Numbered from the stretch's first letter, positions 1 to 10,336 are shown. The stretch: 64,000 nt of DNA from an uncultured Bacteroidota bacterium (GCA_946414435.1 CAMKOM010000001.1:42402-106401), one strand, 5' to 3'. Notes: a model not told the origin generated them from the letters alone. Numbers and translations: made by a program.

Positions 1-2
1 GC

Positions 3-1331
3 CGACAGATTGGCCACGAAACGGGCATTGCCTACTCTGAACTCGATCTTGGCACGGTTTATATCAGTAAAAAACTGTACAACAAGGCTTTACCGCTGCT
101 GAACGACGCTTTGAAAATCGCCCGAAAAATCAAAAATAGCGAACTTGAAAAAGATGTACTGCTCGCACTATCAGACACTTACGCTGCAAGTGGCAATTTC
201 GCGAAAGCGTACACAAACATGAAACACTACACCGCGCTGAAAGACAGCATTTTAAGCCTAGAAAGCATAAAACGCATTGCCGATATGCAAATCAGTTACG
301 AGACCGAAAAGAAGGAACGCGAACTGAAAATCAAGGATATACAGATTCTACAGCAGCAGGAACGCAACAGCCGCCAACGCATAATTATCTATTTTGCGGC
401 AATCGGGCTGCTGATTGTGCTGGCCTTTGCGGTGGTGGTGACGCGGCAGAACAAAAAAATCCGCAAGGCGAACGAAATGCTTGATTTACAGAACAAACAG
501 ATTATCCAACAGAACGAAGAAATTGAGCAGCAACGCGATTATGTGACGATGCAGCGCGACCAAATCGCTGAACAAAAAGAGAAGATTACGGACAGCATTG
601 AGTACGCAAGCCGCATTCAGAACGCAATGCTCACGCCCGCCGACGTGTGCGGCCAACTGCTGCCGCAGCACTTCATTCTGCTTGTGCCTCGCGACATTGT
701 GAGCGGCGATTTTTATTGGGTGAAAAAGATTGGCAATCAAGTGGTTGCAACCGTAATGGACTGCACGGGGCACGGCGTTCCTGGCGCGTTTATGAGTATG
801 CTGGGCACCACGCTGCTCGAGCAGATTGTCACGAACGGATTCAGCAGCGCCGCCGACATTCTCGAGCAAATGCGCAAATCGGTGAAAAACTCTCTGCACC
901 AAGAAGATAAGCAGTCGTCACAGTCCGACGGAATGGACTGCGCGCTCTGCGTAATCGACTTCGAAAACAGGCGGCTGCAATACTCGGGCGCCAACAATCC
1001 GCTGATAGTTGTCCGCAATGGCGAAATTATTGAGTATGAGGCCGATAAGATGCCAATTGGCATTCACGTTTTCGACGAGAGTGACTTCACCAACACCGAA
1101 GTCAGCCTTGAGCCGAACGACACAATTTATATGTTTTCAGACGGTTTTGCCGACCAATTCGGCGGCGACAACGGCCGTAAACTGATGATGAAAAACTTCA
1201 AGAAGGTGCTGGCCGAAGCAAGCCTGAACCCGATTGACGCACAGAAAGATTTTCTCTATCAGCGATTTACCGAATGGAAAGGCAACTATCGCCAAATTGA
1301 CGATGTGTCGGTGATGGGAATTAAATTTTAG
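3..1331 (+). CDS. TPR / coiled-coil / single-TM / PP2C (SpoIIE-RsbU type) phosphatase; 5' end lies outside the window
   Basis: Frame 3 is open from nt 3 (RQIGHETGIAYSELDLGTVYISKKLYNKALPLL, TPR-like), so the listed start at 111 is internal. TM segment IIIYFAAIGLLIVLAFAVVV. SpoIIE-like motifs SGDFYW, DCTGHGVPGAFMS, MFSDGF, DDVSVMGIKF. Confidence 0.85.
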   Translation, partial: RQIGHETGIAYSELDLGTVYISKKLYNKALPLLNDALKIARKIKNSELEKDVLLALSDTYAASGNFAKAYTNMKHYTALKDSILSLESIKRIADMQISYETEKKERELKIKDIQILQQQERNSRQRIIIYFAAIGLLIVLAFAVVVTRQNKKIRKANEMLDLQNKQIIQQNEEIEQQRDYVTMQRDQIAEQKEKITDSIEYASRIQNAMLTPADVCGQLLPQHFILLVPRDIVSGDFYWVKKIGNQVVATVMDCTGHGVPGAFMSMLGTTLLEQIVTNGFSSAADILEQMRKSVKNSLHQEDKQSSQSDGMDCALCVIDFENRRLQYSGANNPLIVVRNGEIIEYEADKMPIGIHVFDESDFTNTEVSLEPNDTIYMFSDGFADQFGGDNGRKLMMKNFKKVLAEASLNPIDAQKDFLYQRFTEWKGNYRQIDDVSVMGIKF

Positions 1332-1371
1332 GGACAACAGACTTCGGACAACAGACTTCAGACACGAGAAC
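1332..1371. repeat. Tandem 14-bp direct repeat GGACAACAGACTTC x2 plus a degenerate third unit, starting 1 nt after the stop codon
   Basis: Read directly. GACAACAGACTTCGGAC (1333-1349) matches GACAACAGACATCGGAC at 50484-50500 in 16 of 17 nt. Confidence 0.9.
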
Positions 1372-1389
1372 AAAATAGATTATTAATAT

Positions 1390-3504
1390 ATGAAAATCAA
1401 AGGTTTATCAACTGTTATTTTATGCTTAACAGGAACAATGGTTTTTGCACAAAATGGTGCGGAATTTGATGATTTAACCAATCAGCCCGATGGCCGCAAA
1501 AGCCGCATTCTGCTTGAGCGCGCCGAGCAAAACCGCAACACCTATCCCACTCTGGCTCGCGAGCAGATTGCCGAAGCCATTTTCATATCGCAGGGCTCAA
1601 CCGATTACGAAACGTTTGTAAACGCACTGATAATCAAACTGAAACTGCTTTGCGCCGCCGACAGCATTGCCGAAGCCGAAAACCAATTGAAAACCGCAGA
1701 GAAAGCCGCCAAACGCTCTGGCAGCAAGGAATTGCAGGCTCGCGCCACTCTTGCCCAAGCCGACATTCTTGTGGCTGAAAACAAATTGGATAAGGCTGCT
1801 GAAATCTACACGAAACTGGTTGCAGACTACTCAAAATCAGACTTTTGCGATATTGCCATAACCGCCGCCAACCAACTCGGATATATCTACCGCGAAAAAA
1901 GTATGGCCGAGCAGTCGCAAAAATCGTTTCTGAAGGCCATTGAGATTGAGAGCCACAGCGATTATCCCGAACTTAAAGCCGTGAGTCTGAACTTTTTAGG
2001 CAGTCACTTCTGGCGCAACGGAAACTACACTCAAGCGCTCGACTACTACCGTCAGGCGCTCGAAATACGCAAAGGCTACAAAAACGAGTTCGACATTGTT
2101 AACTCGCTGATTAACATTGGAAATACGTACCAAAATATGGGCGATTTCAGCAATGCGCTCACCTATCAGACCGAAGCAATGCAGATTGCCGAAAAGTGGG
2201 AAAACAAACTCACTATAGCGCAGATAATGAACTATATAGGCAACATTTACTGGCGCCGCAGCCTTTACGACAGTTCGCTTTGCTACTATCGGCAGTCGAT
2301 AACTCTTTATGAATCAATGGGTAACCGCCTGAAAACCGCAAGCCTGAACGACAACATTGGCAACGCCTACAAGATGAACAGCCGATTCGATTCAGCAATG
2401 CACTACTACAATTCGGCGCTGGCCATAAGAGAAGAGTTGGGCAGCAAACCCGACATTGCCTACTCGCTTTCGAATATTGCTTCAATATATTGGAATACAA
2501 CAAAATACGTACAGGCACTTGAATGCTATTTTCAAGCGCTTGACATTCGCGAAGAGTTGAACGACAAAGCAAACGCCGCAAGTTCGCTGACAAATATCGG
2601 TCTAATTTACAGAGATTTAACAGACTACGACAAGGCTATCAGTTTTTTGGAAAGAGCACTTAATATTCACAAAAGCACTGGAAATAAGGAACTTACGGCC
2701 TATGTACTGAATCACATTGGCAGCACTCACCGTATGGCTGGCAATCTGCAACTTGCGCTCGACAGCCATATGCAGGCGCTACGCATCCGTCAAGAGATTG
2801 GCGACAAGAACGGTTGCGCCGCTTCGATGAACAATATCGGGCTGATTTACCGCGATTTAGGCGACACTGACAAAGCAATCGACTTCTTCAACGAAGCGCT
2901 TGAAATCTACCAATCGTCTGGCAATCAGCAGGCTGCAGGTTTTGTGCTGAACAACATTGGCGATGTTCTCACACTCATCGGCAAGGGCCAACAGGCTGTG
3001 GCTCAATACAAAACCGCACTCGCCATCTTTGAAAAGATGGACGACAAACGCGGCATTGCCATCACATCGCAGAACATTGGCCAATTCTACTATTCCGCAA
3101 AACGATATAATGAAGCCAAACCATTCTACAGCAATGCTTTACAGTGTGCGCAAGAGATTAACGACCTTGAGATTTCAAAGAATGTCAGTTTCGACCTTTT
3201 CAATCTCTACGACCAAACGGGCAACAGCGCTAAAGCGTTGGAAACATACAAGATATATAACGCTTGCCGCGATTCGATAAGCAACAGCGAAAACACCCGG
3301 CGAATGCTCGAACTGCAATCGCTCTACGAGATTAAAGTGAAGGAAAAGGACACAGAGCTGCAAAAAAGCAAAGACGAGAATAACATTCTGAAAATCAGCA
3401 GCAAAAATCGAAATTTGAGTTACTTTGCCGATGTTGCGGTGCTGGTGTTCGCTTTGGGATTGTTTATTTTCAGCCGGCGAAGAAAACTCACTGAAAAACA
3501 ATAG
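1390..3504 (+). CDS. Exported TPR-repeat protein with C-terminal coiled coil and TM anchor; same layout as the upstream phosphatase gene but with no output domain
   Basis: Signal peptide MKIKGLSTVILCLTGTMVFAQ. More than 10 TPR-like units (NIGNTYQNMGDFSNALTYQTEAMQIAE and similar). C-terminal TM VAVLVFALGLFIFS followed by RRRK. Confidence 0.8.
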   Translation: MKIKGLSTVILCLTGTMVFAQNGAEFDDLTNQPDGRKSRILLERAEQNRNTYPTLAREQIAEAIFISQGSTDYETFVNALIIKLKLLCAADSIAEAENQLKTAEKAAKRSGSKELQARATLAQADILVAENKLDKAAEIYTKLVADYSKSDFCDIAITAANQLGYIYREKSMAEQSQKSFLKAIEIESHSDYPELKAVSLNFLGSHFWRNGNYTQALDYYRQALEIRKGYKNEFDIVNSLINIGNTYQNMGDFSNALTYQTEAMQIAEKWENKLTIAQIMNYIGNIYWRRSLYDSSLCYYRQSITLYESMGNRLKTASLNDNIGNAYKMNSRFDSAMHYYNSALAIREELGSKPDIAYSLSNIASIYWNTTKYVQALECYFQALDIREELNDKANAASSLTNIGLIYRDLTDYDKAISFLERALNIHKSTGNKELTAYVLNHIGSTHRMAGNLQLALDSHMQALRIRQEIGDKNGCAASMNNIGLIYRDLGDTDKAIDFFNEALEIYQSSGNQQAAGFVLNNIGDVLTLIGKGQQAVAQYKTALAIFEKMDDKRGIAITSQNIGQFYYSAKRYNEAKPFYSNALQCAQEINDLEISKNVSFDLFNLYDQTGNSAKALETYKIYNACRDSISNSENTRRMLELQSLYEIKVKEKDTELQKSKDENNILKISSKNRNLSYFADVAVLVFALGLFIFSRRRKLTEKQ

Positions 3505-3512
3505 TATATCCC

Positions 3513-5963
3513 CTATCTTTTGACAAATCGGTCAAACAAAATTGCACCATTGCCCATAGTGACCCGCACAAGGTAAACACCGATAGGCAAATCAGAAATA
3601 GAAAGCAAGCATCCGTGAGAATCAGCAGCAACGTGCTTAACCACAATGCCTTGCATCGATATTATCTCAACAATCTCAATCGGTGTGTTGCACTCAATTG
3701 TAACCACATCAGTAACAGGATTCGGGTAAACAACAAGCGACGTTTGATGCACGTTATCATCTGCCTGACCGATAGATGTGAAGCCCCGCATAATTGGCAA
3801 CGCCCCCCGATGCCACATTCCTCCATAGTGTTCAGTATAATTCATCGCACCTAGCCACATTCCTTTGCCATTGGGAGAAATGCCAACTGCCGTATATAGG
3901 TCAATATCAGTATAAAAACCAGCATAATTACTAAAACTATCACCATTGTCGGTGCTAAATGCAATGCCATTCGATTTAAGGCTGTTGTTACCTGCGCATA
4001 CCAAGGTGTCGGTATCAGGAATATAGGCGAAAGATGTGGCATAAAACAAGTCGTTCGACGGCAGCCGCTCCCAAGATAAACCGCCATCGGTTGTACTATA
4101 AGCAATATATTTATCTGATATAGAGGCACTTATCACGCCAATATCACTATCACGGAAAGCAAGTTTGAAATCAGTTTGAAAGGGTGTTGACGTCACTGTC
4201 CATGTTGCCCCTCTATCTACAGAGCGGAACAACCGTCCCGAGCTGGTACTGAAAAACACGCAGTCGCCGATCACCGAATATCCCCCGACAATCCCCGTCT
4301 CTCCACGTTTGCTAGCCGGGATGCGCGATGCAGGAACACGTGTCCACTGATTGCCACCGTCGGTAGTGATGTAAATCTCAAAATAGCCATCGTTGGGGTC
4401 GCCAAGGCAGACACCATTTAGCTTATTCCAAAAATAAACGGTATTTGGGAAGGCGCTTTTGCCACTGAATTTGGCCGTTGGCTGCACTATCCAAGTTTGA
4501 CCTCCATCGGTAGTATGAGCGATTTTTCCACCAGTGAGCGTGCTTGAATTGACGCTGACATAAACCGATGCCCATGCTTCAAGTGCGCTTACTGCGCTTA
4601 TCGATGATATTGTGTAACTCTCATTTTTAGGGATATTCACCGTTCCAGACAACCACGACTCACCACCGTCGGTCGTACGACAGAAATCCATACACTGGCC
4701 GTTACTGATGATACCATCATAAGCCGATGCCCACGCTACTTGCTCATCCACAGCAGAAATATTCTGTATCCCCCTATAGCTATGGCTAAACCCCGACGAC
4801 TGTAAAGTCCAAAGCAATGGGGTATTAGTCGCTGGTTTTATTTTGATAACAGCATCCAGCTCACAATCAAACAGATTAGTTTGCAGAATCATTCGGTCAG
4901 GTAGGAAAAAACCATCATAATCACCACCCCATCCCCAGTTTATATGCAGATATCCATTTGATTTATAACCATCAACAATCCAAGCATGACCTTCATCATT
5001 TTTGGTGGCACCAGAATAAATAACAGGTCGACCGGCATCAATTTCAGCGCACATCATACAGAACCACTGTTCGTTAGAATAATCGGAATATTTAACCAAT
5101 TCAATCGAATCGGAATAGCGGAAATATTGCGGCATGGCATACAGCACATCGCAAGTGTATGAACCAGCGCTGTTCTCTGTGTACGACATATCCACAGCCA
5201 CCCCAGCATGATACAACAATTGTGCAACGGCGGCCCTTTCTTCCGACGAATGATGGCTTCGCAGCTTGTCGGGCATCAAATCCCAATGATAAGTAGTTGC
5301 GCCAAAGTTCGCGAACTGCTGCCCATATTCAGGTTTTTCCGATGGCACGTACTTGTGCCAACCACGCCCCGTTTCCGGCCACTTGTGGTAGCGCATAACC
5401 TGCCCCATGGCCACGGCCACGCACCCCACATATGTCGGGCACGAATCGTTATAGACGTCTGTCTGTTCCCATGCGGATGTGATCAGTGGCCCGACGGTTA
5501 CAACTGAATCGATAATCGATACGGTATCAGCTACTTGCGTGGAATCAACCGTCGGCGTTGAATCGGCGCGAGCCCGCCATTTGCGAAGGTTAGCGGTCGA
5601 GCCGATGCCCGACTGACACACTGCCGATATTTTCTGCCCATAACGGTCAAGTTGGTGCATAAGCATCTTGTTTTCAACAGGTTCACCGGCAGGCGATGTG
5701 TGCGAGAAGCCCAAAACAGGATTCACGGCATCGTCGGCCGCAATGATGGCAAACCCGCCATCGGCTTGACCGAAAACATAATAGACGGTGTCGGCACCAC
5801 AAGTACCAACATAGAGCAAACTTATTGTGGATGAAGACTTTTGCGTGTTTTTTCCAAACACACCGGCGGCCACAGTCTGCGCCTTGTCAACAGGCACAAA
5901 ATCAGCCTTTATCGGATTGACAATCAATAATAAAAAAGTTGCTATTGAAAGCAATTGTTTCAT
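3513..5963 (-). CDS. Peptidase C10 (streptopain-like cysteine protease) fused to an Asp-box beta-propeller-like region and a T9SS C-terminal sorting domain
   Basis: Start moved to MKQLLSIATFLLLIVNPIKA (ATG at 5963), which removes the overlap with the next gene. C10 motifs: catalytic Cys context VGCVAVAMGQVMRYHKWP and His context GHAWIVDGY. Six Asp-box-like repeats (TTDGGESW, TTDGGQTW, TTDGGNQW, SVDRGATW, TTDGGLSW, STDNGDSF). C-terminus VVYPNPVTDVVTIE...VYLVRV is typical of a T9SS CTD. Confidence 0.8.
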   Translation of the reverse strand: MKQLLSIATFLLLIVNPIKADFVPVDKAQTVAAGVFGKNTQKSSSTISLLYVGTCGADTVYYVFGQADGGFAIIAADDAVNPVLGFSHTSPAGEPVENKMLMHQLDRYGQKISAVCQSGIGSTANLRKWRARADSTPTVDSTQVADTVSIIDSVVTVGPLITSAWEQTDVYNDSCPTYVGCVAVAMGQVMRYHKWPETGRGWHKYVPSEKPEYGQQFANFGATTYHWDLMPDKLRSHHSSEERAAVAQLLYHAGVAVDMSYTENSAGSYTCDVLYAMPQYFRYSDSIELVKYSDYSNEQWFCMMCAEIDAGRPVIYSGATKNDEGHAWIVDGYKSNGYLHINWGWGGDYDGFFLPDRMILQTNLFDCELDAVIKIKPATNTPLLWTLQSSGFSHSYRGIQNISAVDEQVAWASAYDGIISNGQCMDFCRTTDGGESWLSGTVNIPKNESYTISSISAVSALEAWASVYVSVNSSTLTGGKIAHTTDGGQTWIVQPTAKFSGKSAFPNTVYFWNKLNGVCLGDPNDGYFEIYITTDGGNQWTRVPASRIPASKRGETGIVGGYSVIGDCVFFSTSSGRLFRSVDRGATWTVTSTPFQTDFKLAFRDSDIGVISASISDKYIAYSTTDGGLSWERLPSNDLFYATSFAYIPDTDTLVCAGNNSLKSNGIAFSTDNGDSFSNYAGFYTDIDLYTAVGISPNGKGMWLGAMNYTEHYGGMWHRGALPIMRGFTSIGQADDNVHQTSLVVYPNPVTDVVTIECNTPIEIVEIISMQGIVVKHVAADSHGCLLSISDLPIGVYLVRVTMGNGAILFDRFVKR

Positions 5964-5964
5964 A

Positions 5965-7197
5965 TCATCCCCAGAAAATATATGCCACAACAATTGCCGC
6001 CACAATGCTCGCAAGGTCGGCAAGCAGGCCACAGACCACAGCGTGGCGCGTTTTGGTGATGCTCACGCTGCCGAAATAGACGGCCAGAATGTAGAACGTG
6101 GTGTCGGTTGCCCCTTGGAAACAGCACGCCAAACGGCCAGCGAACGAATCTGCGCCCATTTGGTTCATCGTCTCAATCATCACGCCGCGCGCGCCCGAGC
6201 CGCTCAAAGGCTTCATAAACGCCGTGGGCAGGGCATCGACAAAATCGGTGTTCAAGCCAACCAGGGCAAAGAACGAGCGCAGGCCGTCTATCAGGAAATC
6301 GAGCGCGCCAGAAGTGCGGAAAACGCCCACCCCGACAAGTATCGCAATCAGGTACGGAATGATTTTGATGGCAACGCCAAAGCCTTCCTTCGCACCTTCG
6401 ATAAACGCTTCATACACATTCACTTTTCGCCTGATAGCCAATGCAATAAACGAAATAATCACGCAAAACAGAATGATGTTGGCAATGAGCGACGACTGCG
6501 CGTTGACTGCTTCGCGCGGCAGCGTCACAAAGTACCAAATCAGGCCGCTGATGATGAGCGAGAAAACGGCGAAATAGCCGAGAAAAACCTTGTTGAAAAG
6601 ATTGATTTTCTGAAAGATGGAAACCGCCAGAATTCCGACAATAGTGCTGAAAAATGTTGCTATCAGAATCGGGATGAAAACGTCGGACGGGTCGGCGGCG
6701 CCCATCTGCGCGCGGTAAACCATAATGCTCACGGGTATCAGCGTCAGTCCTGAAGTGTTGAGTACCAGGAACATAATCATTGAGTTCGATGCGGTGTCCT
6801 TCTTCGGGTTCAGTTCCTGCAATTGGCTCATCGCCTTCAGTCCGAGCGGCGTGGCGGCATTGTCGATGCCGAGCATATTGGCCGCAAGGTTCATCATTAT
6901 TGAGCCGTTAACAGGGTGATTTTTAGGAATTTCGGGAAACAGTTTGTTGAAAAACGGCCCCATAATGCGAGAGAAGACGTTAATCATTCCGCCCTTCTCG
7001 CCTATCCGCATCAGACCGAGCCAGAGCGTCATCACGCCAGTCAGGCCGAGAGAAATTTCGAAGCCCGTTTTGGCCATATCGAAGGTGCTTGCCACCATTG
7101 CCGAAAAAATCTGCGTGTCGCCCAGAAAAATCAGTTTGATGAGCGCCACCACAAACGCTATCACGAAGAATGCTATCCAGATGTAGTTGAGAGCCAT
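5965..7197 (-). CDS. Polytopic membrane protein, nucleoside-recognition (Gate) / fused SpmA-SpmB-like
   Basis: 410 aa, hydrophobic throughout, with about 10 predicted TM segments. Overall resemblance to spore-maturation-protein-type transporters; the family call is from memory only. Confidence 0.55.
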   Translation of the reverse strand: MALNYIWIAFFVIAFVVALIKLIFLGDTQIFSAMVASTFDMAKTGFEISLGLTGVMTLWLGLMRIGEKGGMINVFSRIMGPFFNKLFPEIPKNHPVNGSIMMNLAANMLGIDNAATPLGLKAMSQLQELNPKKDTASNSMIMFLVLNTSGLTLIPVSIMVYRAQMGAADPSDVFIPILIATFFSTIVGILAVSIFQKINLFNKVFLGYFAVFSLIISGLIWYFVTLPREAVNAQSSLIANIILFCVIISFIALAIRRKVNVYEAFIEGAKEGFGVAIKIIPYLIAILVGVGVFRTSGALDFLIDGLRSFFALVGLNTDFVDALPTAFMKPLSGSGARGVMIETMNQMGADSFAGRLACCFQGATDTTFYILAVYFGSVSITKTRHAVVCGLLADLASIVAAIVVAYIFWG

Positions 7198-7203
7198 AGA
7201 ATT

Positions 7204-7238
7204 ATTTAGGATTTAGAATTTAGGATTTAGGATTTATT
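7204..7238. repeat. 7-bp tandem repeat ATTTAGG/ATTTAGA x5 in an intergenic spacer
   Basis: Read directly: ATTTAGG ATTTAGA ATTTAGG ATTTAGG ATTTATT. Confidence 0.9.
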
Positions 7239-7263
7239 ATCAAATGTTGTTGGGGGTTGGTAG

Positions 7264-7283
7264 GGACGCGATTTATCGCGTCC
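7264..7283. repeat. GC-rich hairpin GGACGCGAT-TT-ATCGCGTCC, member of the GACGCG...CGCGTC hairpin family
   Basis: 9-bp perfect inverted repeat just 3' of the minus-strand gene that stops at 7291. No U-tract. Shares its core with the hairpins at 12849 and 37857. Confidence 0.7.
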
Positions 7284-7290
7284 GATTGTC

Positions 7291-7917
7291 TTAGTTTTCA
7301 GTTTGTGTTTGCGTTAACATCGCATCGAGTATCGTTCTCATTTTCTGACCGTTCCATTGTGCCATTCCGCTTTTGCGCATCAGGATGTTGCCTTCGGCGT
7401 CAATCAGGAAGGTTACGGGTAGAGTGCTTGTCGAGAGTTGCTCGGGATACTTTTTAATTGGCAGATAGACAGGCAAATCCAGATTCTTCCGCTTGACAAA
7501 TTTAGCCACATCGGTGCGTTTCTCGTTGGTCACGAAGACGAAATTCACCTTGTCGGCATAGTCGGCGTAAAGGCTGCGGAACTGCCCCATCTCGGCCAGG
7601 CACGGCGCGCACCACGATGCCCAATAATTGATAATGGTCGGCTTACCAGCGAAATCGGCCAGCGTGCAGGTATCGCCCCCGAGCGTGCGCAGATGCCAGT
7701 CGAGCGACGATGTGAACAGCGGAATGGGCTGCTTGAGCAGCGACGGCTGATAGACAAAAACCGTCGGTTTCAGCACCAGTGCGATGGTCGATTTCCGCGT
7801 CTGCGGAATCATAATGAAAACGGCCAGCAGCACGATTATCAAGTCCACAGCCAGACTGAACTTCGACTTGCGGCTCAATAGATTTGTGAAGTAACTCTTG
7901 AAAAATCCCATATACAA
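7291..7917 (-). CDS. TlpA-like thiol-disulfide oxidoreductase (thioredoxin fold, membrane anchored)
   Basis: N-terminal TM LIIVLLAVFIMI. CxxC motif WASWCAPC. Confidence 0.8.
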   Translation of the reverse strand: MYMGFFKSYFTNLLSRKSKFSLAVDLIIVLLAVFIMIPQTRKSTIALVLKPTVFVYQPSLLKQPIPLFTSSLDWHLRTLGGDTCTLADFAGKPTIINYWASWCAPCLAEMGQFRSLYADYADKVNFVFVTNEKRTDVAKFVKRKNLDLPVYLPIKKYPEQLSTSTLPVTFLIDAEGNILMRKSGMAQWNGQKMRTILDAMLTQTQTEN

Positions 7918-8018
7918 TTAAAAAAACAGCGCAAGGTAGCAAAATTTGCGGCGCGCCGGCGACAAAAAAAAGCGGTCCGACTTGCGCCGAACCGCCATAA
8001 CTATTAATCGAAAAGAAC

Positions 8019-9311
8019 TTACTTTCCTGACACTTCCTTGCAAGCCGCCAGAATGCCGTCGAACATCGGGCGGATGTCTTTTTCGGCAACGGCCGAGAAG
8101 GCGATGCGGATGAGCCCGTTGATGTTGATTGTGCCAATGCTGTACTTCTCGATGAGCAGCATACGAACCTTTTCGGCATCGATTCCGTCAGTCGGTTTGA
8201 TGCACATAAAATAGCCCGAATTGTAAGGCAAAGCCTTGAAGTACGGCGCATATTTCGGGTCGCTCAAAGTGTTGCGCACGGCGTTGTAACGAGCCTGCAT
8301 AATATCGAGTTTGGCTTTCTTCTCGGCTGCGTAGGTTGGCGATTCAAATGCTTGAACCAAAAGCGATTGCGAAAGGTTGCTCGCATTCGAGATGTTGCCA
8401 CGCACAGCGCCTGCGGTCTTGTTTTCGAGCGCTTCGTAGAGTTCAGCGTCGCCACCTTTGACGGCATATGTGATGAATCCCACACGAAAGCCCCAAACGT
8501 AGTCTTCTTTTGTCGGGCCATCGACTTTCACGGCAAGCACATTCTCGTGCAAATCAGCCAGATAAGCGAACGGCGACTGACGGTCGACGCCTTCTTCGTA
8601 AACAAGTCCGAAGTAAGCATCGTCGCAGATGACGGCGATTTTCTTGCCCTTCTCGGCGGCGTTTTTGATGGCCGCAACCAGAGCCTGCATCTCGTCGGTG
8701 CGCGGCGAGTAGCCCGTCGGGTTGTTGGGGAAGTTGAGCAGCAGCACCTTCTTGTCACCATCGGCCAGCAGAGCGGCAGAGAGCGACGCAACGTCCATCT
8801 TATCGCCATCAAACAAGTTATACGGTGTGATTTTTGCGCCGTAAGCGTTCGACAGAGCCAGATTGTAGTTGCCCCAATAAAGGTTCGGAACCAGAATTTC
8901 CTGTCCGTCGTTCAGGAACATATAACCAGCCATACTGATGCCGTGAGTGAGTGCGCTTGTTGCAATGGGCAGACTGATGGTGATGCCCTTCAGACGCGGA
9001 TTCTTCTCGGCAATCATTGCCTGCCAGCGTTTGCGGATGTCGGGACGGCCGAAGCTTGGTGCGTAAAGGAACGCCTTGTCGGCCGCGATGCCCAGCTTCG
9101 AGCTGATGCTTTCAAGGTGCATCGGCGAGCCGTCGTCTTCAATGGCCGTGCCGATGGTGGCGTTGATGCGGGTACCTTTGGCTTCGGCGCCCTGCCCCAA
9201 AATGCCCTTCTTCGGGAAGAAAATGTTCTTGCCCCGTTCTGACAACAAATCAAATACCGCCTTGTTTTTTGCGGCGATAATCTCGTTCAAATTCTGTGCT
9301 TGCGGATTCAT
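8019..9311 (-). CDS. PLP-dependent aminotransferase, class I/II (aspartate/aromatic-type)
   Basis: 430 aa. NFPNNPTG motif and Lys context GPTKEDYVWGFRVGF typical of fold-type I aminotransferases. Confidence 0.8.
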   Translation of the reverse strand: MNPQAQNLNEIIAAKNKAVFDLLSERGKNIFFPKKGILGQGAEAKGTRINATIGTAIEDDGSPMHLESISSKLGIAADKAFLYAPSFGRPDIRKRWQAMIAEKNPRLKGITISLPIATSALTHGISMAGYMFLNDGQEILVPNLYWGNYNLALSNAYGAKITPYNLFDGDKMDVASLSAALLADGDKKVLLLNFPNNPTGYSPRTDEMQALVAAIKNAAEKGKKIAVICDDAYFGLVYEEGVDRQSPFAYLADLHENVLAVKVDGPTKEDYVWGFRVGFITYAVKGGDAELYEALENKTAGAVRGNISNASNLSQSLLVQAFESPTYAAEKKAKLDIMQARYNAVRNTLSDPKYAPYFKALPYNSGYFMCIKPTDGIDAEKVRMLLIEKYSIGTININGLIRIAFSAVAEKDIRPMFDGILAACKEVSGK

Positions 9312-9448
9312 ACTGCGTGAATTTTATCGGGGTGCAAAAATACACGTTTTTCACGTGATTTCAATATGCGTTTTACGTAATACGAACGCCGAACAGCACA
9401 CTATCAGTAACACTTATTTAACACTCTAAATATCGCTCCACAACTATT

Positions 9449-10336
9449 CTATTTATCGCCATATACCAATACATAATAAGTTTGGCTTGTTATTTCACCG
9501 CTTTCATCAACCCGATAATAATAATAGGTTATCGTGTTATCTTTATACTCGTAATCGGTTTGTTTTCCTACTAATATGCCATTTTCGTAAACTTCAACCA
9601 ATGAGATATTTCCATTGCTATCATATGATGTGTATTCTGCTCTATTGTTTCCGTCTTTATTGTACTCATATGATACTATGTGTTCACGTTTCGAATCTGT
9701 ATACACATATTTGATATGTGTCGAGTCAATACTGGTACTATAATCGTAATAATAATATCGACTGAAATAAACTGTATTTTCATCATACACAGTGATTTCT
9801 CTTTTGTATATTAGTTCACCTTGATATTCTACAAGTTCTATCAGATTTCCTTCATTGTCATAAGTATAGTACTCAGTATAATTTGCCGCCGAATGAGACA
9901 ATAATTGTTTGCGCTCCGAATCTGCATATGTGTCAACATAAACGTAGGTAGACCTATCCTCATAACCATAATCGGTATATAAATAGTTATCCGTTATTGT
10001 AACAACATTACCATTATAGTCATATTCATATTTATGCTGCGCATTGCCACTTATTGTTTCCACTACATCTCCATATTCGTTATACTTATAGTTACATTTA
10101 TATGTTTCCCTACCACTTCCTCCTTTAAGATTTCTTATCTCTATCATATTTCCCTGCTCGTCATATTTATATTCTGTCTTATATCTTTCGGAACCATCAA
10201 CAGTTGTTTCTGACAGCAACAACTTTTTACTCTTATCGAAATATGGTGCAAGTTCCTCCTCATCTGTTTTGCAACTGTAGAATGCACTACCAGCCAAAAG
10301 ACCGACAATCAAACCAAAGCCAAATATGTTTCTCAT
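9449..10336 (-). CDS. Lipoprotein with YD-like repeats
   Basis: Lipobox LLAGSAFYSC. Repeated YKYDEQGNMIE, YEYDYNGNVV, YTYDNEGNLIE, YEYNKDGNN, SYDSNGNISL. The gene is clearly AT-rich compared with its neighbours. Confidence 0.6.
   Translation of the reverse strand: MRNIFGFGLIVGLLAGSAFYSCKTDEEELAPYFDKSKKLLLSETTVDGSERYKTEYKYDEQGNMIEIRNLKGGSGRETYKCNYKYNEYGDVVETISGNAQHKYEYDYNGNVVTITDNYLYTDYGYEDRSTYVYVDTYADSERKQLLSHSAANYTEYYTYDNEGNLIELVEYQGELIYKREITVYDENTVYFSRYYYYDYSTSIDSTHIKYVYTDSKREHIVSYEYNKDGNNRAEYTSYDSNGNISLVEVYENGILVGKQTDYEYKDNTITYYYYRVDESGEITSQTYYVLVYGDK

Noticed and set aside
5964-6032. N-terminal extensions of several track ORFs (6032, 23668, 33422, 37842, 40418, 43082, 45034, 46673, 49306, 57699, 57927)
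   Set aside because: In each case an internal Met immediately precedes a signal peptide or the conserved family N-terminus. The longer form would overlap the neighbouring gene or run through repeat or hairpin sequence.
5827-6753. Long antisense ORFs inside GC-rich genes (for example 5827-6753 +, 8352-9242 +, 24174-25205 +, 30103-31086 +, 43141-43938 +, 60925-62046 +, 34107-34826 -)
   Set aside because: They are shadow ORFs opposite well-supported genes. Their translations are Arg/Ala/His-rich low-complexity sequence with no motifs.
7257-7457. 66-aa ORF beginning MVGTRFIASD
   Set aside because: It starts inside the GACGCG-family hairpin and runs antisense into the thioredoxin-like gene. It is an artefact of translating the palindrome.
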